A stretch of DNA of 64,000 nt from Trichinella spiralis (lineage: Eukaryota): positions 6,986,812-7,050,811 of the forward strand of contig NW_003526941.1 in the NCBI RefSeq assembly GCF_000181795.1, written 5' to 3'. Shown here one piece after another: positions 1 to 12,797 of this stretch (position 1 is the stretch's first letter; every line of letters starts with the position of its first letter). The notes under the pieces were generated by a model, which worked only from the letters and a program-made list of their open reading frames with translations, did not search any database and was not told where the DNA came from. Position numbers and translations under genes: made by a program.

Positions 1-1091
1 GCAGCCCATCTGGAACTCCCTTGAAACGGCACTAGGATGGTTGAATTTTGGTATAGAAAACTTATTTTACATTATAGTGAGGTATTCGATGAAACTGCGT
101 AGTCTTTTGCGATAATTATTTGTTTTGGGCAAGTCGGTTTTTCTTCATTTTCCGTCCATTTGGACTCAATTTATAGAAATTCTTTTAGGACGGTTTGAAA
201 TGCCCATAAAATCTTCCATTTATTAGTTTCCTATTAGTTTATTTCATTTATTCGATCAGTAGAACAGAATTTTTCAAACTGTAGCTGTCAACATTTATTA
301 ATACCTGAGTGTGTATCGTACCCACTTGGGATATTNTTNNNTTNCNTNNTNAANNANGCACAAATCCATTTCCATTTATTTTCTATGGCTGTTCATGATC
401 TTAAAATATTCATTCTAGCATCTCCAACGATACAAAATAATGTGGCTGTTTGAATTCAANTTTTTGCTCAGTTCATTACAATCAAATGACGGTTTATGTA
501 AATCGGCTTTGAATGTTTGTTTTCTTTGTCTAAAATGATTGATTACAAATGGTGAAAAGTAAAATAAAATAACAAATTATGACAAACTAATTCCACCCAT
601 GCATGGCATTTATTCTAATCTTTCAAGATATATGCATATAAGCTCACTAGAAACAAAGGCCTGCCCTCTAAGGAACACAAATGTATTACTGAATTCTTTC
701 TTCATATTTGAGAAGAGTACTGTACAATTATTTATTACAGAAACTAACAATAATACTCAATTGAATTATTTAATGAGATATTTGACAAAATTGCTTGTTA
801 GGAAAGGTGTCATTTACAGGGGGNAAAGAATGCATGATTCTATGAAAACTGTAAATAAAACGTTTTATTTTCAATAATTCTTATTTCAGTATCATATTTA
901 ATCAATTAAATTGCGTAAATAAAAAATTTAGATTTCAATGGGGTTCTGTATTACAAAAGTGAAATTCATGAACAAATGTTATTGGAAACAGCCACTTTTG
1001 CTCGCGGGTATTTGTTCAAATATTTGTATAAATGCTAATGAAATGCAATTATAGGATGTATTATCAAGCGCGCAGGTTTCGTTTCCATCTC
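1..1091 (+). repeat. Unclassified repeat family, copy A (partial)
   Basis: 172-1091 aligns co-linearly with 1159-2046 (shared blocks TAGAAATTCTTT(T)AGGACGGTTTGAAATGCCC and TCAAGCGCGCAGGTTTCG). 1-317 is the reverse complement of 62391-62708. Confidence 0.92.
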
Positions 1092-1158
1092 NNNNNNNNN
1101 NNNNNNNNNNNNNNNNNNNNNNNNNNNNNNNNNNNNNNNNNNNNNNNNNNNNNNNNNN

Positions 1159-2169
1159 TATAGAAATTCTTTTAGGACGGTTTGAAATGCCCATAAAATC
1201 TTCCATTTATTAGTTTCCTATTAGTTTATTTCATTTATTCGATCAGTAGAATTGAATTTCTCAGTATGTAGTTGTCAACATTTATTAATACCTGAGTGTC
1301 TATTGTATAACTTGAATATGTTTGATTTCATGAAATAACAATCATTTCATTGATTTCTATGCTGTTCATGATTCTAATTATTCATTGAGCTTCTCAACGA
1401 TACCAAGAATGCAGCTGTTTGAATCAGTTTTCGCTCAGGTCATTATACTCAATTGACGCTTATGCAAATATCTTTGAATGTTGTTTTTTGTCAAAATGAT
1501 TGTTTGAAAATTGTGATAATATAATAAAATAACAAATTCTGACAAACTAATTCACCCATGCATGGCATTTATTCTAATTTTTCAAAATATTTGCATATAA
1601 GCTCAGTAAAACAAAAGGCGTGCCCATAGGGAACACAAATGTATTATTGAATTCTTTCTTCATATATGGGAACAGTATTGTACAATTATTTATTACAGAA
1701 ACTAACAATAATACTTAATTGATTATTTAATGAGATATTTGACAAAATTGCATGTTAGCAAAGCTGACATTTATAGGAGAAAAGAATGCATGATTCCATG
1801 AAAAATCTAAATAAAACGTTTTATTTTCAAAAATTCTTATTTCAGTATCATATTTAATAAATTTAATTGCGTAAATAAAAATTTAGATTTCAATGGGGTT
1901 CTGTATTACAAAAGTGAAATTCAGGCACAAATATTATTGGAATCAGCAACTTTTGCTCGAGGGTATTTGTTCAAATATTTGTATAAATGCTAATGAAATG
2001 CAATTATAGGTTGTATTATCAAGCGCGCAGGTTTCGCTTCCATCTCTGACGTCCCCACTAAAATCGCATCATCGTACAATTTTTTGGCAATATCTCGACA
2101 AATACGCTTTCACTCAACGGACGACTAGGTTTGTAGTGATTAATTTATTTTTTCTGATCAATTAAAATC
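1159..2169 (+). repeat. Unclassified repeat family, copy B (direct copy, bounded by N gaps)
   Basis: Diverged direct copy of 172-1091 with many small indels. About 1900-2168 is the reverse complement of about 62945-63209. Confidence 0.92.
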
Positions 2170-4740
2170 NNNNNNNNNNNNNNNNNNNNNNNNNNNNNNN
2201 NNNNNNNNNNNNNNNNNNNNNNNNNNNNNNNNNNNNNNNNNNNNNNNNNNNNNNNNNNNNNNNNNNNNNNNNNNNNNNNNNNNNNNNNNNNNNNNNNNNN
2301 NNNNNNNNNNNNNNNNNNNNNNNNNNNNNNNNNNNNNNNNNNNNNNNNNNNNNNNNNNNNNNNNNNNNNNNNNNNNNNNNNNNNNNNNNNNNNNNNNNNN
2401 NNNNNNNNNNNNNNNNNNNNNNNNNNNNNNNNNNNNNNNNNNNNNNNNNNNNNNNNNNGGTTTGGTGGGTGACGGTCACGAATTTCGCGCAAATTTCAAC
2501 TGAACTCGACTCGTTCAATGTTCAGTGTGCAATTTTGCCAATCGCTTGTGAGCTGATTTTCAAATTCAGGTCAAACGAAGGAGGAGTGGCCAGTTTTTGG
2601 AGGAACAATTTTCCACAATTTGGCAACGCAAACGACGACGACCTCGATTTGAAAAATTACGAACGATGATACTAATCATTGCACAGTTGCGCAATCGCGA
2701 TCGTCAAAAATTTCCATACAATGCAGGTGACAGTTCGACGACGACGATCGTCTCGAAAAGCAGGTCAACAATTTTCTGCCAACTTTCCTTCCATTCTCGT
2801 AACACGCTAAAACTCAAAACTATACAACTATGCAAATTTATTTCAACTTTTTAAACAATTTTTAATTATTATTCAATTTTTTGAACTTTATTATCTTTAA
2901 TAGTTTTTTTTCTTCTTCTTCTTTTTCTTTTGTAACTTTTTGTCATTCTGTAAATTGTTTGTTTCAGATTTACTACTTTATTTCAATTGTAATCTATCTT
3001 GGAAAGTGGTTTGAAAATTTGAACTTTTTATCACAAATCACAAAATAGTAGTATATTTTGAAATCAAAAATAATTTTTATTATTGTCGACTGTAATTTAC
3101 AATCCAATTAATTAATTCATCAAACTCGTCGTGAAATATGCCTCCTATTTGGGCACATTTTTCCTCTGAAACAGATCTGTCAAATATAATTTTCAATTAA
3201 ATTTTTAACTGGAACATGATTTCATTGAAAAGAATTTATTTTTTTTCTTTTCAATTTTTTTGAAGCATTACATTTCTTTTCAAATTTTAAAATTTATTAA
3301 TAATAATAATTCTTATTGATTCTCTTTTTTTTTGTTTCTGATCGTGCGAAAATGGGCAATTGGATGATAAGATTTCAAAAAAAAAATACTTTTTTTAACG
3401 ACACTCACTTTGAAGTTCCTTCGGTTAATGGGTCAAGGGTGGGTTGCCCTGTTGCGCAATGACATTGCTTGTTTTTTTTATGCCTTCATAACCGTTTTTA
3501 CAAATTATGATCTTTCGGTTGGACACACGATGGTGGAAAACTTTTCCAACAAGAAAACAAGGTACATTTTGTTCATAATTTTAAGTTAATAACATTATTA
3601 ATGTTTTTAAAACTAATAACAATAAGAATATTTTATTAATTCATTTAACAAATAATTCATCTTGTTCATCTTTCTAACATTTCAGTTTTGCATTTTATTG
3701 AAAGTGTCTAATATTTTTGATTAAAAACAATAAATAAGATGTATTCAATTTCAAAGTGAATATGGAAATGATTATTGATTTACTATTACGATTTATTGTT
3801 TGCATTAGTTGAACATTTTACATTACACGAACTTTTTCATCATTTCCTTATGGTAGCCAGTTCGAATTGTTGTAAATTGAACAGTTTCATCGTACAATTA
3901 TATTTTAAAAATTGATCACATTTTAAGAAAAAAATTTTAATATCACTCTGATATTACCAGAATGAACATTGCTGTTTAAACTGACATGATCGACTATTGT
4001 TAATGTACTATGTCATTACTTATTACTGTGTTTTTTCACGGTATTTATAATTGAAAATTTATGCAAATAATCACATTTGAAGAAATGATATAAAATTCGA
4101 ATAGAACATTAATGATTATTAAACAGCACATTGAACTTTTGTAACTGCTGCACAATTTTAAATTTAATTGAAATAATTTGAACTTTTTTATTATTATATT
4201 ACTGTAAATGTTTTTAATTTAATTAATTATATAAGATATTTTTTGTATGATCAGATGTAAAATTGTAATTTATATTGTGATAATTTATTTTTTCCTTGTT
4301 CATTTTCACAAAAGAGAACAATTGAGTGAGTGTTGCCGTCGTATGAAAGCTAAACACAGTATTCCATTTCTAGATGTTCGATCGTCGTGATAATAATACT
4401 TTTTTTATGAGAAGAATAGCAGAACTAAATAAACAATTTTTAAGAAAACAATAAGCCAGGCCGATGTTGTTGACTAATGGCAAACTAATGACATCAGATT
4501 GAAATATATAGAGTTGGCAAATGTCAATTGAAGATGAGAAATGAAACGTAAAAAAACAACTGAAATGGTACAAAAAAACTCGAACTAGTCAGAGGGAGAA
4601 GGATTAAAATTGTGTACGATATTCAAATTTGAAGGGTTGTGAGGAGGAAAATTTTTTAGATGGCAAATGGATGTTTTTAAATTGGGCAGTGCTGTGGGCG
4701 CTGGGCAGTTGATACTGTCTGTATTGCGTGTATGTTGCCT

Positions 4741-7700
4741 TCACTGCCTTTTCAGGACAGGTTCGTCTTTTTTGCGTTTTCTCAAATCGCCATCCGGAAA
4801 ACGACCAGCGGCTGGTTTCATAGGAAGCTCTGAAAGAGGTTATTATTAATGGTCATTTGTATTCCAATTAACGTTTGTAAACTGGAATTAACAAAAGCAT
4901 CATTGCAGCTAATCACATCTTTTCTTGTTGCAGTTGACAACTTCAACTCATATCTATTCGACATTAGCGCGATAATTATTGAAATTAGCCAGCCCATCGT
5001 GAATAAGAATAATAATCAATCATAATATTTGAATAGCAATTCGAACAATAGGGGCCGGCCGGCTACTTACTTTGGGCGTTCGAACAGCTTTTCACCTCCT
5101 TTGGACAATTACGAATGTCTTTTTCACGACAAGCTCTGTACCGAATCGAAGAGCCGTCCGTTGTGGCGCAAGGGCTCCACTGGGTCCACAAGCCGGCGGC
5201 GGGCAAATCGAACAGAGCTTGGGAGAAATTTTTGTAAAATTTTTTCGACAAACGTCTTCCACCTAAACAAACGATTGTTTTTAGGATGTTCAATTAATTT
5301 TCCACATATCCGATGAAAATTACTTCGTCCACAGCCTAGTTCAAAGTACATAACCGCAGCTTCGTCTTCAGTATAGACGTTCGGTTGTGTGGAACGACTT
5401 TCAGTGTTCAGAATACAATTTTCATTGCGATCCTTTTACAGAAGAGAATAAATTTTTTGAAAAGTTCAAAAAAATAAACTGGAAAATTTACTTCTTGATA
5501 AAACATTCCAGATTTGCAATAAAAGCCCAAATCTTCGGTGGAAGTGAGACATTTTTCCACGCATTCACTTTCTGAAGAAGTCGTGATGACCGTTTTAGCA
5601 AAACCAACCAGAACATGTCCAGGTGCATAAATGAAATTATTCGGACATTGGCTAACAAGTTTTTCTAAAAATGTTCAATTTTCTGTACAATTTTTCACTC
5701 ATTCATTCAACATATATATATATATATATATATATAACTTTAGCTTACCTGGGAAACATTGAACCATCATGTAGGTGCTATCAGCGCTCGGTTGTAAGTT
5801 TCTGATATATTCAATTTTCGTATCATCCAATTTACAAGTGGTTCCTTCATAAATTAAAGAAGCACATCCGCCTTTTATTTCCAGAGGCCTTCCTTCGGCA
5901 TCCTTTTGTAGAAAAAATGAATTATTTTTCAAACGAGAGAAAAAAATGCACTGATATTATCAAAATTTTCTACTTTATTATCAAGACAAGCTGTTGCACA
6001 ATCTTTCAACGTATACCCGCTCAGGCTGATCGCTTCTTTGGCATCCGGATCGGTATAGCCGCTGACTTCTATAATTTTTGGAAGTTCACCTTCTTTACAA
6101 AGTGCAGCTGCCTCTTTTTCCGGTTCTTTCCTTGCTCCGCATTGGCCAGTTGGTCTGAAAAATTACATTTTCAATTTTAAATTTTACAAAAATACTCTTT
6201 TCATGGCGAAAATCTTCGAACATTTAATGTAATAAGAAAAACAAATCAATTAATTTATCATTTCCATTTGTATAATTTTAAATTTTACTTGGTAAAACCA
6301 CTTTGTAAATAAGTTTATTACAAAAAATGCAATTTTTTTCAGAACAGTCGTGTACTGTCTTACTGTAGTGAAATTTATAATGGTTCATTTTTTTACATTG
6401 CATAAAATAATCTTTGAAACATTTATTCAAAGTATGCATAATTTATGCAAACAGTATCTATCAGTTTGACGTTTCGGAGGAAACTGTTTCGCAATATTTA
6501 TATTCTTTGAACGATGCAAACAGAAAAATTGCATAATTTTTGAACATCGATTTAATTTTGACCCGTCTATCCTTTTCTTTCTCGACTAAAATAGATTTGG
6601 TTGATTGAATGTGAAATTCATTTTTTTTCTTTTCTTTTTGAACTGTTCTGCTCGAAATTATAACTTCATTTTATTAGATAGATTGATAATGTATGCAAAT
6701 ATTTCTAGCCGTATCTTTTCTCGACTTTTATTGCTTATCTGTTTGCTATTTGCTACTAATGTATTATCTGTTCAACCGAATAGAATACTTTATTCTAGCT
6801 GATTAATAAATAATTCCAACTGAATATTTATGAAAGAAACAGATTTTTGAATTTTACTTAATACAACATGTACTATAGTATACTATACTGTAGTGTATTT
6901 TTAAAGAAAAAATGAAGTTTATGAAGATATTATAAAGACCAAAATATATACATTCATGTTATATATTAAATTATAAATACTTTGTTGAAATTTTCTTCCT
7001 TGAAAAAAATATGAACCTTATAAATAATTATCTACAGAAAGCTGAAAATAAAGTTGATGCACGTGATGCGGATCTAAAACAAAGCAAACAGTATCAACAT
7101 ATAAACATGTAAATGTGAACATGTGAAAATAGAAACCGTTCATCTGATTTTTATAAATATATATTTTTTAATCAATGATGATAAACTTGTTTTTGAAAGT
7201 TGAACTTAAATATTTAATAAATAATTAAATTTGCAATGTTTATTTATGATGATTAATATTGATTTTCAGAGTGAAACTTGTTTTATGAAGATGATGTTGC
7301 ATGAAATAGATGAAAATGGAAACGTCAACAAGAAACCGTGAAGAGTAGAAGTTACGTTATTATTATTATTATTATTATTATCTGACTGAAGCTGCAACAC
7401 ATCCAATCATCATTGTCATCATCATCATCATCATGCTAAGGTAAATTGCTATTTTATTACTGAAGATATGATTGTGACGAGGATGACTTATTTAGGTCTA
7501 GTTTAATTTTAGTCTGAGCAAATGACCTAATATGATGTGGGTGTGTCGAGCGGGGTTAGCAAAAAAGAATTTAGGCAATATACCTGATGTGGTGTCATTT
7601 GCAAACCTAATTTTCCGTTGCTTTCAGACAATGAACATGTCTTCTGTTTATACATATATATATATGAAGAATGTTCAGAATAAATTATCCTTAAATCTGA

Positions 7701-8944
7701 GCTAATAATTAATGAATAAATGATCAATAACGCTGGTCGTTTCGGTTATTTTTGAAAAAATTATTAAACTAATCATATAATTAGTTTTTTTTCTTGGGTT
7801 TTTGTCATTTTCTTCAAAATTGAATAATTAATTGCACTTACACGAAATAAGATCGAGTTTCGTATTTGGTAACAATTTGCGGTTGGGATTTTCCATCGAC
7901 GGCAAATAAATCGCACGTTCTGTATGCAAAATCGTACACAACTGCCCGGCAACAGTAAGGATATTCTGCGGATTGTTTTTCCAAGCACAGTTGCAAGCAG
8001 TCCTCGCATGTGATCGGTGTGCGTCGCTCAAATGGGAACCCTTGAGCAATTGAAAAACCAGGACTGCAGGAGAAACATTTCAAATCTAAAAATAACCGCT
8101 TATCAATGCTTTGCATCAGCATGGAGAAAAAAAATAACTAGTGATCGAAGTTTCAAAAGTGAAATTCTTTTATATTATAATTAAACGGATAAAATATTAT
8201 TAAAAAAGAAATGCTAAGATGCATGTAGGTGAATCAATTATTATAATTTCTTGTCTAATCTTTTTATATTCAATTTCAATAGATGGAAAAATTATTGAAA
8301 CAAGAATAATGTTTACATTGTTCTACATCATTTGAGTTATATTGAGTCAAATGTGCTACTGTTTATTGCTGTTTACTCAATTTGAACATCTTGAACAGAA
8401 AAATCTTTGTATAAATTGAAAAATCACACTCCGATTATAATCATGCTTAATCGAAATAAAAAAAATTATCTCAATTCACTTCGTATAATTCGATATGTTG
8501 CACAGAGAAGTGAAAAAGAATCTCTACTAGATGAATATTTTTGCATGAAAAATGTTCGTTTCTAATCACTATATGGAATAAGTAAAATAGCTAATTAAAT
8601 AAATTAAAGTTCAGCTTACCGACATAACAACTTGATGCTGTGGGAATGTTTTGTGGTGGACGTCCAAAAGAATAAAGCGGAAGTTGTTGTTGGAATACAT
8701 TGGCAGGCATTCCTGCACCTCTGTCTGCGCCGTAGGTAGGTCCATATCCACCGTTACCTCCAACTGTTCCAACAGCACTACCATAACTTGGTCCAGAAGG
8801 CACTGGTTCACTGTAAGATATCGATTGTGATGGTTGTAGTTGAGCATCGTATGCGCTTATCCACGGCAACAGTGACAACAATATGGAGCTAAGTTGTAAC
8901 AGCATAATGCTCGAAGTCCAAACAGCACCTGAGTACGATACCAT
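4741..8944 (-). CDS. Secreted protein with three PAN/Apple domains and a C-terminal TSP1-like motif (apical ECM/cuticle type)
   Basis: Phase-consistent exons: 8944-8620 (signal peptide MVSYSGAVWTSSIMLLQLSSILLSLLPWISA, then G/Y/P/Q-rich), 8085-7842 (CEDCLQLC..CRAVVYD..TCDLF), 6154-5974 and 5902-5749 (DCATAC..CASLIY..TCKL), 5664-5492 and 5432-5324 (GHVLVGFA..ECVEKC..CKSGMFY..CILNTESR..YFELGC), 5262-5071 (GLWTQWSPC..RYRAC). All have GT-AG boundaries. The last exon (about 4829-4741) and the stop are uncertain. Confidence 0.85.
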
Positions 8945-10290
8945 TCTATTGGCAGTGTATATATATAAATATATATATATAAGTATATACCTATATACTT
9001 ATATATATGTGTATGTATATATATATATATAGGTATATATATTTATTTATATCTATATATCAATGATGTATGGGAATGTATGTGGGTACTTATATATATA
9101 TATATATGTATATATATATGTGTGTATTTGTGTTTGTGTGTGTGTGTGAATATATGTTTGTTAGAAAGTGAAAAACAACAGACTGACTGTGGACGCACTA
9201 TACGTACGTACGATTTCCGGCCCGTTTAAAATAAGTAGAATAACCTGCTATTCTTGACATGGTTGAAAAATTTTTGGCACTATTTCACTGAACGTTCAAA
9301 CAGATCGACCGACTTTCGTGTCATGGTTCTGAAATTATTCCTTGTCACACCTAGTTTGATTGTAACGCCCTATCAGATGCTTAATTAATGAGCAAATTAT
9401 GGGAATCTTTGGTTTTTTTTTTCTGATGCACCCATATGCTGAAAAGTCGGTGCCCCAGTGGTGAACATTGTTACCTGCGGGCATGGATCCGCCAGTGACC
9501 CATTCCATTAATGAAAACCGTCCACCTCCCCTAATTTTCATAACACGGCGCACATTTATGATTGTGTTGTTGTTGTTGTTGATGATGATGATGATGTTCT
9601 TCGTATAATTCGCTTTTTCTAAGTCTAGTCATTTGATTCACCCTAATATATTGGAGAAGCGTGTTTTTCACAATAATTCGGCCCCATTCAGAAAAGCGAT
9701 GACTGTCAGCGTTTTCAAGTTACCATTTTATTAAACACAACCGTCCATCCCATTCAACATTTCCCACATTGTCTCGTTCAAGCATGAAGATGTTTGAATT
9801 TAAGCTCCAGTCAACTCTAGACCCGATTCTTTTTCTGACCTAAAAAAGTTTTCCATTGTAATTTTTGTTTGCAAACCACTTCTGACCGTTGCTTGCACAA
9901 CAAATTACTGTAATTGAACTGTGACATTTTTCGAGTATTTTTTTAATATTATTTTTTTTACAAAATCAAATTTATACATGTCGAAATTTTGGCGGTTAAA
10001 AGTTGAAAGTTGAAAAAAAACAGAAAAGCAAAATTTTTTGATTTTAAAGTAATTTTTTAAACCACATTCAATTGATATATTACTTTCCACTACATAAAGT
10101 ACTGTACTATTTTTAAAAATAAAAAAGGTTGAATGAAGATAATTTGAAAATTTCAAATGTGCCATGCGTATAATTAGTCTGCAATCAATCTTAATATTCG
10201 ATTGGTCTAATTCCGGTAATAGAATAAATTCTACGCATTTTTTAATAATCGATGTGAAATCTTTGCACTAATTTGCTCATCAATTTGTCC

Positions 10291-10341
10291 ATTCATTCAA
10301 TTCATTCATTCATTCATTCATTCATTCATTCATTCATTCAT
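10291..10341. repeat. (ATTC)n microsatellite
   Basis: About 12 near-perfect ATTC units. Confidence 0.9.
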
Positions 10342-12797
10342 CAGCAATCTTTGGAAAATATGAAGAAGAAGAAATATTGGGATTCCATTTCTTTATAGTT
10401 TTTATTTTGTTTTTAATAATTTCTTTTTTATGTCTTTAATAAATCAATTTAAACTGAAGTTGAAAGCTGAAATAAAAAAGTACGAAAAGCATTTTTCTCA
10501 TACAAATTTAGCGCAACAAGTTTTAAATTGCTATGTGTGAACTTGAAGATGATACTCAGTAATTAGAATAATAATATATTGCATTTTCTGCTTTAAAGCA
10601 TCATCATCATCAGTTTAATCGGATGCGAATTGTAAATTTAACTGAATCAACATTTTTTTGTCTTCATGAATTTGAAACGGAAACAAATTTTATGAATGAT
10701 TTAGTCAATTATGTTCGCTTCAAAAGGATAATGGATTTCCGTTTAATAGAAATGAAGGAAATTGTTTACACAAAAGAAACGAACCTATTTTGATAACATC
10801 CGATGAATGCATTTTAGTATTTATTTTTGCTTTTGGTAGCAATTTCACGCTCGTCGAAAAGTGAAATTCTGAGTAAACTGCAGAAAGCAAAATTTGAATT
10901 TGCCAATTTCGTTCTGCATTTAGTAGCATTGATAAAAAGTGCTTTTAATTTCCTGGTTTAGCAGTGCTTGCAGACTCAAATGTTTGATTAACATTTCATT
11001 AAAAAAAAGCTCATTTTCTTCAGACGGAAATTGCCATCTTGTTTAAATTTAGCGATAAATTTCAAAATTAGGAAAGAATGCTGCATGCAATGCAACTTTG
11101 GTGTTGCTGTTTTTTTCCTTTTTTGGAATTGGGTTTTCAGTTATAAATCTTAATTTCCGCAACGTTGACCTTAATTTGACAGATTGCGTTCAATTCGGTT
11201 AATAGTGAAAAATTTTTTCTTCGCCATTCGCTCTGCAAAGTATTAAGTTGATCCGCTTGCAGAGCCGGCAAATGAAATAAATAGAGCGAATGCATTCTTT
11301 TATTTCAAACTTCATCGGCCAAGAATGTATTCCCTTCTGAAGGATTTACGATCAAAATTCAATCATAACACATTTTCACAAGCCCGTGAAAATATTCATC
11401 TACTGTTCATTTTTTGTCCATTTTCCTTTAATCAATTTCATATTTACAAAGCAGTCTTTAATATTTATAAAACTCGACGTTAACATGTGTGCTTCGTGTT
11501 TTTGCTAATGTAAAAAATGAATAGTACAAACATTATATATATATATATAAGAAACAATGATAAACACTTGAGCATAAAATCGGTTTGTTTAACATATTGC
11601 TTTGACAGATAATATTGATGCTAATTTGAATTAGTTGTTGTTCAGAATATTTCCTTTTTTTTAAATAAAATGACTTCGAAAACGTTGTAATTTCGAGCAT
11701 TTAAATATGGATTTAAATAAATGCACTACGGTGAACCTTCTCTTCTTATAAATAAATTCAATTGCTGTTGTTCACATGAGCATTACAAGAAGTTGTTATG
11801 GCAATGCATCTGTAAATTTTTTTCTCGAATCTGATTAATAAATTTCTTTAAATAAAACAAACTCCATCATTGTTACTTAGTAGTTTTAAAATGGATATTT
11901 GTTCTAACTAACTTTTCTTTGAGTGCATAGTTTATTATTAAGCACATAATTTATGCCGTATAAACGTATTATTAACTGTTTAAACTCGTCTTTAAATGAA
12001 TATTGTTATTTTTTGTTCAGGTAAATATTTCGATAAATATTACAGTATGGAATTTTACTTGCTCTTCTACAGTAATCTACATTTTTTATCATTTCCAGAA
12101 ATTATTATTGAAGTAATTTTTTACGTTGATACATCATAAATATCCATAAATAAGCCTATTTTGGCAGATAAGAATTCAAAATTTGCTTCCATTACATGTT
12201 TTGTTTTGTTTTCCTGCTTTTAATTGTATTATGATATTTGTGCATTCTTTACAATAATTCCACGTTATAAACGAACGTCCGTTTGTGAAATAAGTTTAAA
12301 TTTTCATCAATATTTATTTCAGCCTTAACTTTTATCATCTTAGTAATGGTTTTTTTGTTTTCAACGACCAGTGATCTGGGTGATAGTTTAGTGGTGTAAT
12401 TTAATTTCAAAAAGTATGCAAGTTGTAGTAATTTTTGAAACGTATTTGTTGTTGACGTCAATAGGTAATGTTAATCCTAGTCAGACAGCTGATGTTTCAT
12501 CAATATTGGTTATTCCACTTTAGAAATGTTGTTCAGAAGTTCAATAATTATTGTTAGTATTGTTTTTTGTTTAAATATTAAATTTCAGTGTATTCAAAAT
12601 AGCCTTTTAAATGCTAGAAGTGATTGTGATTTGTATTTTGGTAATTTAAATCTCAACACTTTCTTGTCAAAACATGTGTACAGCTACACTGTTTTTTGTT
12701 GAACTTAGTTTCATTTATGTTACTGTATATTATGTAGGGTTTTGTTTTGTAGTTTTCGCAAGTTTGAAATAGCAGTTTCGTATGTGGTAAGTGAAAA

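Noticed and set aside
599..877. 92-aa ORF inside the repeat
   Set aside because: The second copy (about 1558-1835) has frameshifting indels, and no transposase or other motif is visible.
2145..2518. ORFs made of X residues
   Set aside because: They span an assembly N gap.
2459..2800. GC-richer segment after the gap with short ORFs (..GGVASFWRNNFPQF..)
   Set aside because: Only a vague resemblance to known proteins, no consistent splice and frame support, and truncated by the N gap. It may be a UTR or exon but cannot be called.
7584..7643. 60-nt AG..GT-bounded segment in intron 2 of the PAN gene
   Set aside because: The intron is phase 2, where this segment reads into TAG. The acceptor is poor, and exon 2 joins 6154 cleanly without it.
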